The notes under the pieces: generated by a model
What the model was told of the DNA's origin: nothing
Database searches by the model: none
The model's input: the letters and a program-made list of their open reading frames with translations, nothing else
Translations under genes and position numbers: made by a program
Part shown: positions 37,619 through 47,187 of the stretch, piece after piece
Layout of the letters: each line of letters starts with the position of its first letter
Numbering within the stretch: position 1 is the first letter of the stretch
Origin: Polyangiaceae bacterium
GTDB taxonomy: Bacteria > Myxococcota_A > Polyangia > Polyangiales > Polyangiaceae
Reading direction: 5' to 3'
NCBI GenBank assembly: GCA_033763455.1
Contig: JANRKO010000074.1
Coordinates: 1-64,000 of the forward strand
DNA length: 64,000 nt

Positions 37619-39003
37619 CCATTCGACCCCTGGCGAGCGGAGAGAAGAGCGCGATCCACGGCAGCCGTAACGTGTTGCTGCACCTCGGCAAGGCGCTTGC
37701 TGGAAGGCGCCTCAAAGCGCATCACCAAGATAGGCCCCGTATTGGAGGCACGCACGAGTGCCCAAGCTCCGTCCGGGTAGCGGAGCCGAACGCCATCGAT
37801 ATCGTTGAGCTTACCTTCTTGAGAGAGCTCGGCCTTCACCATTCGCACCACCTCAGCTTTGAGCGAATCAGGGCATTCTTTTCTGAGTTCTGGCGTGCTG
37901 AACCCCTTCGGTACATCCGCCAAAAGCGCGCCCGGGCTGAGCTTTTTCTCGCAAACGATCTCCAGCAAGCGCAGCGCCGCATAGATGCCGTCGTCATGGC
38001 CAAAGAAGCGATCAGCGAAGAAGAAGTGCCCGCTCATTTCGCCGGCGATAAGTGCCATGCTCTCCTTCATCTTGGTCTTGATCAAAGAGTGCCCGGTTTT
38101 CCACATGATGGCCTGGCCGCCCCGGCTTGCCACAGAATCAAACAAGGACTGCGAGCATTTCACGTCGCCGATGACGGCGGCTCCAGGGTGCGCTTCGAGC
38201 ACCGGCCGCGCCAAAAGTGCGAGCAAGCGATCTCCCCAGATAATCTCGCCGGTTTGATCGACCAGGCCCAGCCGATCGCCATCGCCGTCCCAAGCGAGGC
38301 CGAGCAGCGCATTGTTTTCTCGCACAGCCGTGATCAAATGTTGGAGGTTCTTTTCGACGGTAGGATCCGGGTGATGGTTGGGAAAAGTACCATCCATGTC
38401 GCAGAACAGGGCAATCGGGTTAAAGCCAGCGTTCTGTAAGGCGCGCAGCCCGAGTGGTCCCGCCGAGCCGTTTCCCGCGTCCACCACAATGCGCACGTTC
38501 GGATCCTTGATCTTTACGTTGCCTTGCATGAACGCAAGGTACGCGTCCTCGACACTCACGGCTTCCATCGTGCCGCGTGGGTCGTGTTTGGCGCTCAAGG
38601 CTTCCACTTTCCGGCGGAGAGCCTGAATAGATTCTCCGAAAAAAGAGGATTTGCCGCGCATGATCTTGAAGCCGTTATCCGGTGCGTCGTTGTGGCTACC
38701 GGTGATCATGATGCCGCCGTCGGTCTTCAGGTGGTGCACGGCGAAATACATGAGGGGGGTGGGGCCAATGCCGATGTCCACCACGTGAACCCCTGCGGCA
38801 AGCAACCCGCTCACCAATGCGTTGAACAAGCGAGGGCTGGAGAGGCGGCAATCTCGCGCGACCACCAGGCGCGGGGGCGTGTCCGTATCCGGCGCACGCA
38901 ACATTTCGCCAAGCGCCTGGCCGATGCGGTTCACGACGTCGTCCACCAAATCCCGGTCTGCTACGCCCCGGATATCGTACTCACGAAAGATATGGCTACT
39001 CAT
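37615..39003 (-). CDS. Phosphomannomutase/phosphoglucomutase (AlgC-like)
   Basis: IFREYDIRG, TGSHN phosphoserine loop, DGDGDR, GEMSGH and VRASNT. Confidence 0.93.
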   Translation of the reverse strand: MSSHIFREYDIRGVADRDLVDDVVNRIGQALGEMLRAPDTDTPPRLVVARDCRLSSPRLFNALVSGLLAAGVHVVDIGIGPTPLMYFAVHHLKTDGGIMITGSHNDAPDNGFKIMRGKSSFFGESIQALRRKVEALSAKHDPRGTMEAVSVEDAYLAFMQGNVKIKDPNVRIVVDAGNGSAGPLGLRALQNAGFNPIALFCDMDGTFPNHHPDPTVEKNLQHLITAVRENNALLGLAWDGDGDRLGLVDQTGEIIWGDRLLALLARPVLEAHPGAAVIGDVKCSQSLFDSVASRGGQAIMWKTGHSLIKTKMKESMALIAGEMSGHFFFADRFFGHDDGIYAALRLLEIVCEKKLSPGALLADVPKGFSTPELRKECPDSLKAEVVRMVKAELSQEGKLNDIDGVRLRYPDGAWALVRASNTGPILVMRFEAPSSKRLAEVQQHVTAAVDRALLSARQGSNG

Positions 39004-39028
39004 GGGGCGCCGACCTTAGCGCGTGGGC

Positions 39029-39490
39029 TCAGGGCTGACGACACTCTGCTGGGGATTTTGGTGTGGGCGCGCACTCAGCTGGCGTGCGCGCAAGTGTTTC
39101 GCCCCCTTCGCCTGGGCTCTTCTCGTACCAAGCGGGTTCGGCGTAGTAGAGGATGGCACCCGCTTCGGCTGGAAGCCAGGCCATGGTGGCCTCGGTTCGG
39201 TAACACGAGCTCCGCACTTTTCGCCAGCCTCCCGGTACCCACGCCCAGCGCCGACCTTGCCACGTAAAATACCCATCGACCCAAAGGCACGCGGGGCCTG
39301 GATCGGCGGGGACGTTCTGCACCTGCGCCGGGGGCGGTGGAAAATCCACGATGGCAAAACGAGCGTTCAAAGGAAACGGTCCGCTAGGAGGCGTGCGTAG
39401 GATGGGGCTGCAACCTAGGCCGACACATGCGGCGAGAATACAAGCCATCTTGGGGAGAACCGCCACCACATGCGCGGCCGCAGGCTTCAT
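39029..39490 (-). CDS. WXXGXW-repeat lipoprotein
   Basis: Lipobox GLGC and PPPP...WVDGYFTWQGRRWAWVPGGW. ATGA overlap with pilD. Confidence 0.75.
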   Translation of the reverse strand: MKPAAAHVVAVLPKMACILAACVGLGCSPILRTPPSGPFPLNARFAIVDFPPPPAQVQNVPADPGPACLWVDGYFTWQGRRWAWVPGGWRKVRSSCYRTEATMAWLPAEAGAILYYAEPAWYEKSPGEGGETLARTPAECAPTPKSPAECRQP

Positions 39491-40455
39491 TCGAAACCTG
39501 AAACGTTAAGGTAATATTGAACGAGCTCTGGGCCGAAGAGTGCGTACTCCAATATGCCGAGAACCAGAAAAGGACCGAACGCAAAGCGCGATTTGGCGAG
39601 ACCGCTCGCAGGAGCCGTCATCACCAGATCTTTCTCAAATTCCTCCCGCAAGGCGGCCTGCTCCTCAGCCGGTGCTTCTTCGAGCAATTTCAACATCTCC
39701 TCCCGTTCGGCTTTCACAGCTTCAGGCTCCTCGATCTTCCCGGTGGCGGCGTACACGGCGATCGCCACAATAGTTCCCTGAACAGCGCCCACCAGAAGGG
39801 CAAAAACCGCGGCGGGCCAGCCAAACCAGGCGCCCGCCAGCAGCAGTAGCTTTGCATCTCCGAGGCCCATTCCCGCGTGCCCCCGCAGCGCGCGATACAA
39901 CACATCAAAGGGCAACCAAATAATACAGAAACCAATGACGGCACCGAGCAAGCTCTCGGTGAAAGTCACTTCCGGTCGAAGTGCCACGCTGGCGAGCCCG
40001 AGAAGTGCGCCGCCTAGCGTGATTTCATCGGGTAAGATCATGTGTTTCAGATCGATGAATGCCGCGCAAATGAGTCCGAGCATCATCACTAGGTAGAGGA
40101 GGAGCAGCGTGAGCACCTGCCAAAATGGGAGGTCATCGGGAAGCCGTGTGAACGTTGTTTCCACAACTGCCCAACCCAGCATGCCGCCGATGGCCTCGAA
40201 CAAAACGTAACGTGGCGAAATCCGTGCGCCGCAGCAGCGAGCTTTCCCTTGCAAAATGAGCCAGCTTAGAACGGGAATGTTTTCGTAAGGTCGGATCCGG
40301 GCACCGCACGCCGGGCACGTGGATGGCGGGTGCACAACGCTCATTCCCCGAGGCAAACGATAGATAACAACGTTGCCAAAGCTCGCTAGGACCATCCCGA
40401 GCATCACCGCCATAGTTACGAGGAACGCATGTGGGAGCTCAAGCAAAGTGGGCAC
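39487..40455 (-). CDS. pilD: Prepilin peptidase / N-methyltransferase
   Basis: SFGNVVIYRLP, CPAC, ENIPVLSW, RCC, IDLKHMILPD, GMGLGDAKL and AFGPFL. Confidence 0.95.
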   Translation of the reverse strand: MPTLLELPHAFLVTMAVMLGMVLASFGNVVIYRLPRGMSVVHPPSTCPACGARIRPYENIPVLSWLILQGKARCCGARISPRYVLFEAIGGMLGWAVVETTFTRLPDDLPFWQVLTLLLLYLVMMLGLICAAFIDLKHMILPDEITLGGALLGLASVALRPEVTFTESLLGAVIGFCIIWLPFDVLYRALRGHAGMGLGDAKLLLLAGAWFGWPAAVFALLVGAVQGTIVAIAVYAATGKIEEPEAVKAEREEMLKLLEEAPAEEQAALREEFEKDLVMTAPASGLAKSRFAFGPFLVLGILEYALFGPELVQYYLNVSGFE

Positions 40456-40656
40456 CTTAACTGTTTAGCAAGTTGCGGTAGAATTTTCGATGCCGGCAGG
40501 TCTTTCATCCGCTGCCCCCTCTGGCCTCGCTCCCGCTCATGGCCCATTCAGTGCGGCGGCAAGCTAGACAGCGACATCTTTGGATGCTGGCGTCGCTCGG
40601 CCCGTCTCCCCCTTGCCAGTCGCTCCGCTCTGGCGGAGGAGACGGCACCACAAACG

Positions 40657-40824
40657 GAAGAAGGCTTCAGACACACCGAAGGAGGCTTCAGACACACCGA
40701 AGAAGGCTTCAGACACACCGAAGAAGGCTTCAGACACACCGAAGAAGGCTTCAGACACACCGAAGAAGGCTTCAGACACACCGAAGAAGGCTTCACACGC
40801 ACCGAAGAAGGCTTCACACGCACC
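40657..40824. repeat. Tandem array of 8 x 21 bp units (GAAGAAGGCTTCAGACACACC)
   Basis: Counted directly. Five units are identical, unit 2 has one substitution and the last two read GAAGAAGGCTTCACACGCACC. No spacers. Confidence 0.95.
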
Positions 40825-40883
40825 GCATGCTTCGGCATTCAACGAGCGGAAGCACCAGAGGTGTTCTCGTGCGTGGACAGAAT

Positions 40884-40902
40884 CTTAGCATGCTAAGTAC
40901 TT
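40884..40902. promoter_or_regulatory. Dispersed palindrome copy 2 (CTTAGCATGCTAAG-TACTT)
   Basis: 19 bp identical to 21668-21686. Intergenic. Confidence 0.6.
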
Positions 40903-40981
40903 GGCGCGACGTGTGAAGGGGAACTGGTCTGATGCGTTGCGGTCGCGATTTGGGTCGATGCTTCTCGGTTGCTCGTTGATT

Positions 40982-41296
40982 CTACTCTTGTTGGGTGGGT
41001 CGAGCGCGCTGTCGAAACTCGGCCACGCACGCTTGGTTGTCGATGGAGCTCAAAAGGCAGCGGTAAAGCTCCTGATCGTACGGTTGGGTGAGGCATTCAA
41101 ACGCCACTTCCTCAACTTTGGCCCGAACCTGCGGGAGGCGTAAGCCAGCGCTATTCACACCCACCAGGCGCACAGCGATCTGTTCGCACTGCTCGATGCT
41201 CGGGGCCTTGCGAGTGCACCCGGCAACTGCCAACGCTAAGATAACACCTAGCCTTCGCCATAGGGTGTTGCGGCTGCTTCGGGAAGCGAAATGCAT
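40982..41296 (-). CDS. Small helical Cys-containing lipoprotein
   Basis: Lipobox VAGC and four spaced Cys. Start moved to ATG 41296. Confidence 0.7.
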   Translation of the reverse strand: MHFASRSSRNTLWRRLGVILALAVAGCTRKAPSIEQCEQIAVRLVGVNSAGLRLPQVRAKVEEVAFECLTQPYDQELYRCLLSSIDNQACVAEFRQRARPTQQE

Positions 41297-41303
41297 CTTT
41301 ATC

Positions 41304-42092
41304 CTAGCGCACCAAGCTAAGTGAGAGCCCGAGGGCAACGGTGCCCTCAGGCCTTGGAAGGCCCGGCACACGTACGGAGTTCCCGGCTGCGTCGAAGCCT
41401 TGAGTCTCTCGGAAAAAATCGCCGCGCTGGCCAATTGCTATACTCGGGTTCAGGTGGAGCCCAATTGCGAGCCAGTCTGGAATCGGTTCGTACGCAACGT
41501 TCATGTTCAGCCCGAACTGAAGAAAAGAACCGTGGCGCTCCACCAGCTTAAGAGCTCCCGAAGAGGGCGCGGGAGCCGTTAGGTATTGCCAGCTTACCGT
41601 GGGTCCACCGGAAAGCGCCAATTGTGGCAAGGGCCGCCATTCGGGCTCAATGGCGCCCTGAAGTTCGGAGGCTCGCGCGGTGAGCGGCTTGGAAGGGCTA
41701 CCCATCAGGCTTGCCTCGTTCCCGAGGTCCACTTCATGCGTCGCTTGGCGGGCGGCCACTCGCGCAAGCAGCCATGGAAGAAGCACCACACGAACATGCC
41801 CACCGAACGCCCATGCTACTCGATACTTGGCCGCGCCGTCTGTTGAGCGCCACAGCAGACCTACGTCAGGGCCCAGCTCTACCTTTCGTGGCGCGACAGA
41901 GTGCGATGGCGTTTCCAAGTAAGGAGCTGGGGATTGGTCGCTTGGTTTCGGTGGCGCGGGCGGAGGCATCGCCTCGGGTTCGCGCAGGCTCGCCTCGGGC
42001 GCATCGCTGTCTTTTGCCTGCACTCCGCGGGAGCCCAGCAACAGCACCAAACATGTGCCCAGAGCAAAAGGGAAGGTTGTCGATTTCTTCAC
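41304..42092 (-). CDS. Hypothetical outer-membrane beta-barrel protein
   Basis: Signal peptide, Pro-rich linker and alternating amphipathic strands. Start abuts the pheT stop. Confidence 0.65.
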   Translation of the reverse strand: MKKSTTFPFALGTCLVLLLGSRGVQAKDSDAPEASLREPEAMPPPAPPKPSDQSPAPYLETPSHSVAPRKVELGPDVGLLWRSTDGAAKYRVAWAFGGHVRVVLLPWLLARVAARQATHEVDLGNEASLMGSPSKPLTARASELQGAIEPEWRPLPQLALSGGPTVSWQYLTAPAPSSGALKLVERHGSFLQFGLNMNVAYEPIPDWLAIGLHLNPSIAIGQRGDFFRETQGFDAAGNSVRVPGLPRPEGTVALGLSLSLVR

Positions 42093-44593
42093 TAAGCCCT
42101 CAAGGTTGCCCCAAACTTCTTGCTCGCAACGCTCGTTACCTTTTCGTGGGCCGCATCTACCTCTTTGTCCGTGAGAGTGCGGGCTTGATCTGGAGCTTTT
42201 CTAGCAAGCGGATCGCGAAATACGAGGTGGTAGGTGAGGGAGCGATGATCGGCCGGCACCGAACCTCCCTTGAAGGTGGCGATCAGCTCCACCGATTCGC
42301 ACAGCTCTCCGGCGGCCTCTCTTATCACCGTTTGAACTTCGCCTGCGCTGATGCCTTCCTCCACAACGAGTGAAATGTCTCGGGTTACTGGTGGAAGGCG
42401 GGGTATGGTTTGGTACTTGGGAGTGCGCACGGCAATGGTTTCAAGCGCGGCAAGATCCACCTCGACAACCTGGACGCTGCCATCGATTTCGAGCGCTTCG
42501 GTAACGTCCGGGTGCAGAGCTCCGAAGGTGGCGACACGCAATGTTCCTAGCAACACCTGGCCTGCGGCGCGCGGGTGCAGATGGGGAGCAAGCGTTGCAT
42601 CGAGGGCAGCTACCGTGCTGCTGCTCAAAGTAAGCTGCTCCACGATGCGCACGGCGATGGCCTTGGCGTCGAAGACGTCGAATTGCGCGGGCTTTGGTGC
42701 CAAGTATTCCGCCCGTTTGCCCGCAAGCACCGCCGTAAAGGTTGGGCGCTCTTCGGGCAAGCTTGCCAGATCTTCGGGCAAACGCGGGCGGGCGCGCGCC
42801 CCGCGCTCGGAGTAAACCTCGCTCACGGGGGCCAAGAAACGTGGTGCTACCGAAAAGAGGCGCATCGATTCTTCCCCGTGGCGTTGGGCCCGGCGGAGTG
42901 CATCGAGCAAACCGGGTAGAGCGCTCGTTTGCATCACGCTGCGCTCTTCACTCATGGGATTTTTGATGGTTACCACGGGTGGTGGCGCCTTGACGGCTTC
43001 CAGATCTTTCCGCGAGACGAAATTGTAGGTTAACGCTTCGCTTAGTCCGAGCGCCATGGCGGCCGCGGTGGCTTTGCGCTCCAGCTGCCCCGCCTCGGTC
43101 GGCTTCTGCGGGATAATGGGGGGAAGCTTGGGCTCAATCGAATCAAGCCCAGCCACGCGCGCCACTTCTTCGATGAGATCGGCTTCGATCCTGATGTCGT
43201 GGCGGTAGCTTGTGCCCAGGACTTCCGCGGTGGCCTTGCCTTGAGGATCTTTGCTGGGGGATGTCTTGAACCCTAAGCGATTCAGAATGCCGAGGGCTTG
43301 ATCAAAGGGAATATGGGTGCCTAAGAGGTTTTCCAAGCGTTCGTGGCGCAGCTGGATTTTGGGCGACGAATAAGCATTGCGCTCGCTCTTCAACTGTTCG
43401 GGGGCAACGCTCGCACCCGCGTATTCTGCGAGTAAGCTGAGCGCGCGTGCCAGCACCTGAGTGATAGCACCGCGATCGGTACCGCGCTCGAACCTGTGGC
43501 TTGATTCCGTATGCAAGCCGTGCCGGCGAGCACTTCGCCGTACGCCACGGCCATCAAAATAAGCGCACTCCACCAGAACTTTGGTGGTGGAATTATTGAT
43601 CTCGCTATCAGCTCCGCCCATCACGCCTGCCAGTGCAAGGGGCTTCTCTGCATCGGCAATCACCAAATCATCCGCGTCTAGGCTGCGCGCAACGCCGTCG
43701 AGTGTGCGAAAGCTTTCACCGGCTGCGGCTCTCCGGATGACGATCTTTCCGCCCGCGATGTGGTTCAGATCAAACGCGTGCAGCGGCTGCCCGAACTCCA
43801 TCAAAATCCAATTGGTAATATCCACCACGTTGGAAATCGGGCGAATCCCGAGGTTTTGAAGGCGCAGCTGTAGCCAAAGCGGTGAGGGGCCCACCTTTAC
43901 ATCCAGCGCGAGCCCTGCCGCATAGGTGGGGCAACGGTCGAAATCCATGTTCACGATCTCAATCAGATCTGAAAGCTTGCTCGGAGTAGTTGCAGCTTTT
44001 GGAAGTGCAGTTGGCTGCGCGAAGGGAAGCGATAGGCACGCGGCAATATCTCGCGCTATTCCCACGTGCCCGAGCGCATCGCCGCGGTTCGGCGTGACAT
44101 CAAGGTCGAGGATCGTGTCTTCTAGGAACGGATACGCCTCCAAGAGCGGTGTACCTGGTGCCGGAGCCTTTGCATCTAACACCCAAATCCCTTCAGTGGC
44201 TTCGCCCAAGCCGAGCTCCTTCAGGCTGCATAGCATGCCCTCGCTCAGAATGCCGCCAAGCTTGCGTGGTGCGAGCGGTTCAGGAAAAGCGGGGATCTTT
44301 GCTCCTAACGTAGCCAACACAACACGGCCGCCCGGATCTGGAACATTGGGCGCACCACACACAACACGCTGCGTGCCAGCACCCGTATCCAGCGTAACGA
44401 GCCGTAACTTGTCGCGCTCCGGATGTGGCTCAATGGCGCGCACCTCGGCGATCACCACCCCTTGAATGCCAGCACCCACGTGCGTGATGCCGTCTACGGG
44501 CAAGCCCGCCTGAGCCAAACGCTCAGCAAGCTCCTTTACGGGCAACTTCAGATCAGGGAGGAGTTCACACAGCCAACGGTAAGAAACCAGCAT
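42092..44593 (-). CDS. pheT: Phenylalanine--tRNA ligase beta subunit
   Basis: MLVSYRWL, VCGAPN, SEGMLCS, TPNRGD, NVVDITN, GQPLHAFD, RFERG, DLIEEVAR and RTLTD. Start moved to ATG 44593. Confidence 0.96.
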   Translation of the reverse strand: MLVSYRWLCELLPDLKLPVKELAERLAQAGLPVDGITHVGAGIQGVVIAEVRAIEPHPERDKLRLVTLDTGAGTQRVVCGAPNVPDPGGRVVLATLGAKIPAFPEPLAPRKLGGILSEGMLCSLKELGLGEATEGIWVLDAKAPAPGTPLLEAYPFLEDTILDLDVTPNRGDALGHVGIARDIAACLSLPFAQPTALPKAATTPSKLSDLIEIVNMDFDRCPTYAAGLALDVKVGPSPLWLQLRLQNLGIRPISNVVDITNWILMEFGQPLHAFDLNHIAGGKIVIRRAAAGESFRTLDGVARSLDADDLVIADAEKPLALAGVMGGADSEINNSTTKVLVECAYFDGRGVRRSARRHGLHTESSHRFERGTDRGAITQVLARALSLLAEYAGASVAPEQLKSERNAYSSPKIQLRHERLENLLGTHIPFDQALGILNRLGFKTSPSKDPQGKATAEVLGTSYRHDIRIEADLIEEVARVAGLDSIEPKLPPIIPQKPTEAGQLERKATAAAMALGLSEALTYNFVSRKDLEAVKAPPPVVTIKNPMSEERSVMQTSALPGLLDALRRAQRHGEESMRLFSVAPRFLAPVSEVYSERGARARPRLPEDLASLPEERPTFTAVLAGKRAEYLAPKPAQFDVFDAKAIAVRIVEQLTLSSSTVAALDATLAPHLHPRAAGQVLLGTLRVATFGALHPDVTEALEIDGSVQVVEVDLAALETIAVRTPKYQTIPRLPPVTRDISLVVEEGISAGEVQTVIREAAGELCESVELIATFKGGSVPADHRSLTYHLVFRDPLARKAPDQARTLTDKEVDAAHEKVTSVASKKFGATLRA

Positions 44594-44741
44594 CTTGGGG
44601 GCGCTTCTAGCATGAGGTTGGAACGCTGTGGTGCTGGGTCGGGGGCAATTTGTGGGGCACGCCATCGATCCGCCGATGAGCACCGGGCAAGAAGGCTCAG
44701 GTTTGACTCGTAGGGTGCTTCCAGTGTAGCGGTCGGCCTCC

Positions 44742-45884
44742 TTGGCCCGACGGCGTCTGTTCCCTTGGCTCGTGTTTCCGTTGCTGCTTGCCACACGTGG
44801 CCAGGCGGCGAGTTCAGCATCGGTGGTGTGGTATAGGGCCAGCGAAGGCTGCCCGGCGGGGCAGGCATTCCTAGAAAAGCTCTGGGCAAAAGCACCGCTT
44901 GCTCGGCTCATGCAAGCCGGGGATCACATTGATTTCGTAGTGACGCTGGTCGCCGAACAGGGCGAAACCATCGGGCGTTTGGAGCGCCAAACCGACAACG
45001 GGACGGTGGCTATTCGCGAATTGCGCGATCCGGTGTGTGAACGTGTTGCTGATGCTTTGGCGTTGAGCTTGGCGCTGTCGCTCGAAGCCCCGAAGGCGAG
45101 CACGGCGCCAACAGACGGCAACGTTCCCTCGCCCTCTGAGTCTTCGAGCAACGAAGCAAAGCCTGCGCCCTCTGAGCTTGCGGTCAGTGCGGCAGCGCCA
45201 AAGGCAGAGCCCACCGATAAGGCAAAGCCCACCGATAAGGCTACTTCGGGCAACTCGAAGCTTTCGGTGGAGAAGCCGCAAGGGCCGGCTGATCGTGGCA
45301 ACGCGGCGACGCCCGATGTTTTGGGAAAACGCGAAGTTCCTTCGAAACCCGTAGCCAGCGAGAGTGCGTCGGGCTCGCAAGGGGCGCTCGGCCTAGAGGG
45401 TGGAGCGCTCCTGGGTGCAGCGCCCAACGCTTTGGTACGCGCTGGCGTTTATCTTGAGGTTGCGCAACTGGGCCTGGCACTCGATCCCCGTTTATCTTTG
45501 AGGGTTGGCGCGGTTGGGGCGTTGGGTTCATCAGACACGAGTGTCGGCCCAATCCATCGTTCGATTCTTGCTGGGAGAGCTGAGGGTTGCCCCTGGCGCT
45601 TTGGGACTGAAGCTTTCGGCGTTTCTCCTTGCGCGGCTCTGGAGCTTGGCGCCACGGGAGCGAGCGCCGCACGAACCAAGGCTTCTGCTACCGATACTTG
45701 GTTCGTGGCTGCCGGCGGAGTCCGGGCCCGGCTGTTAACGCTCCCACGGCTCGCCCTTGAAGCGCAAATCGAAGCCCAATTCCCGCTGATTCGCACCCAG
45801 GTGGACGCCGGTTCAGTCTCTGTTTACCGCGCCGATCCCGTGGGCTTTCAGGGTGGCCTGAGCCTTTCTTGGCGCCTCTGGTGA
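44742..45884 (+). CDS. Hypothetical exported protein with N-terminal Cys-pair domain and probable C-terminal beta-barrel
   Basis: Signal peptide, GCP...RELRDPVCERVADALAL, Pro/Ser linker and amphipathic strands ending in LSLSWRLW. Confidence 0.7.
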   Translation: MARRRLFPWLVFPLLLATRGQAASSASVVWYRASEGCPAGQAFLEKLWAKAPLARLMQAGDHIDFVVTLVAEQGETIGRLERQTDNGTVAIRELRDPVCERVADALALSLALSLEAPKASTAPTDGNVPSPSESSSNEAKPAPSELAVSAAAPKAEPTDKAKPTDKATSGNSKLSVEKPQGPADRGNAATPDVLGKREVPSKPVASESASGSQGALGLEGGALLGAAPNALVRAGVYLEVAQLGLALDPRLSLRVGAVGALGSSDTSVGPIHRSILAGRAEGCPWRFGTEAFGVSPCAALELGATGASAARTKASATDTWFVAAGGVRARLLTLPRLALEAQIEAQFPLIRTQVDAGSVSVYRADPVGFQGGLSLSWRLW

Positions 45885-45923
45885 TCGCGCCGGGCAACCC
45901 CGGACATAGCGGCGTAGGAACAC

Positions 45924-46496
45924 GTGAGCTGGCCAATTAATCGGGATGCTCCGGTGCAGGCCGAGCCCACACAAGATCTCAACCACGAGCGCTCCGTTCA
46001 GGCCTTTGCATCGCGCCACTATCCGTTCGTTTGGCGTGTACTCCGGGGGCTTGGGCTTAGCCGGGCCGATGCAGAGGATGCAGCACAACAGGTTCTCATG
46101 ATTGCCACCCGTAAGCTCGATACCATAGAACCCGACCGAGAGCGTTCGTTCGTTTACGGTGTTGCCGTGCGAGTAGCGAAAAACGTACGCCGGGGTTTGT
46201 TCCGTCGTCGCGAGGTCCTCGAAGCTCCCGCAGACGAAGCAGATCCAGAGGCCGAAGGCGCTGAAGAAACAGTTGCGCTAGTGCAAGCTCGTGCATTGCT
46301 TCACGATCTTCTGGCGAAATTGCCTCAAGATCAGCGCCGAGTGCTCATCTTGGCCGAGATCGAAGGCTTGGAGCTCCGCGCTATCGCCGAATATGAGAGC
46401 ATTCCCCAAGGCACTGCAGCTTCTCGCTTGAGGCTGGCGCGCGCCCGCTTCCGCACACTGCTCGGCACCGAACGTCACCGAAACCCCTTTGCGTGA
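45924..46496 (+). CDS. ECF-type sigma-70 factor
   Basis: VWRVLRGLG...DAEDAAQQV (region 2) and LPQDQRRVLILAEIEGL...IA...IPQGTAASRLRLAR (region 4). Confidence 0.92.
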   Translation: MSWPINRDAPVQAEPTQDLNHERSVQAFASRHYPFVWRVLRGLGLSRADAEDAAQQVLMIATRKLDTIEPDRERSFVYGVAVRVAKNVRRGLFRRREVLEAPADEADPEAEGAEETVALVQARALLHDLLAKLPQDQRRVLILAEIEGLELRAIAEYESIPQGTAASRLRLARARFRTLLGTERHRNPFA

Positions 46497-47161
46497 TGCC
46501 CATGGAAAAGGACCCTCTCGACAGCCTCTCTGCCCAATTGTTTGCGGCAGCTCGTGAGGAAGCACCTCCTGCGGGTGCCGAGGCACGGGCAGTGGCAGCT
46601 GTGCGGCGTCAGGCTTCTGGTGAGCCAGCAGCAGGCGTGTTGGTGAGGGGAGTGTTCGGTTCTAAAGCGTGGTTGCTGGCTGCCGTGGTGGCGAGCGTGG
46701 CGATAGCGTTTGGGTTTGTTTGGTTTGGGGCTGAGCCGGAGCATGCGTCTATCCGCCCTGAACCAAGTCGTCCCCTGCCGACATCAGAACCTGTGGTGGT
46801 GTCGACCCCTTCGGCTCCCCCTGTCCCAGCCATCCCTGCGCCCGCCAAGGCGGCAAAAGGTGGGGCGGAGAACGCCAGCGTGAAGAATTCGCCCGCCACT
46901 CTGAGCGATGAGCTAGAGGCACTGAAAGTTGCGCAAACCGCGCTCAGCGCCTCCGACGCACCCGGCGCCCTGCGCGCGCTAGATCGTTACGATCGCGTAC
47001 TCCGGGGTCAAAAATTGCGTGCGGAAGCCTCGCTGCTCAGGATCGAGGCGCTTTCAGCGGCGGGTCAAGCAGAGGCGGCATCGAAGCTCGCGTCGCGCTT
47101 TGTCGAAGAGAATCCGAATAGCCCACTCGTAGATCGAGCGCGGACATTCATTAAACAATAA
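46493..47161 (+). CDS. Putative anti-sigma factor (TM + C-terminal TPR-like domain)
   Basis: Overlaps the sigma stop. TM helix, Pro-rich linker and helical C-terminus LSDELEAL...EASLLRIEAL...FVEENPNSP. Confidence 0.7.
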   Translation: MMPMEKDPLDSLSAQLFAAAREEAPPAGAEARAVAAVRRQASGEPAAGVLVRGVFGSKAWLLAAVVASVAIAFGFVWFGAEPEHASIRPEPSRPLPTSEPVVVSTPSAPPVPAIPAPAKAAKGGAENASVKNSPATLSDELEALKVAQTALSASDAPGALRALDRYDRVLRGQKLRAEASLLRIEALSAAGQAEAASKLASRFVEENPNSPLVDRARTFIKQ

Positions 47162-47187
47162 GTCAGTGAGTTGAGGAGAGTTAATCT

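Noticed and set aside
40657..40824. CRISPR array
   Set aside because: The units are head-to-tail with no unique spacers, and there are no cas genes.
44594..44911. 106 aa N-terminal extension of PheT
   Set aside because: It overlaps a divergent gene, and the canonical PheT start MLVSYRWL is at 44593.
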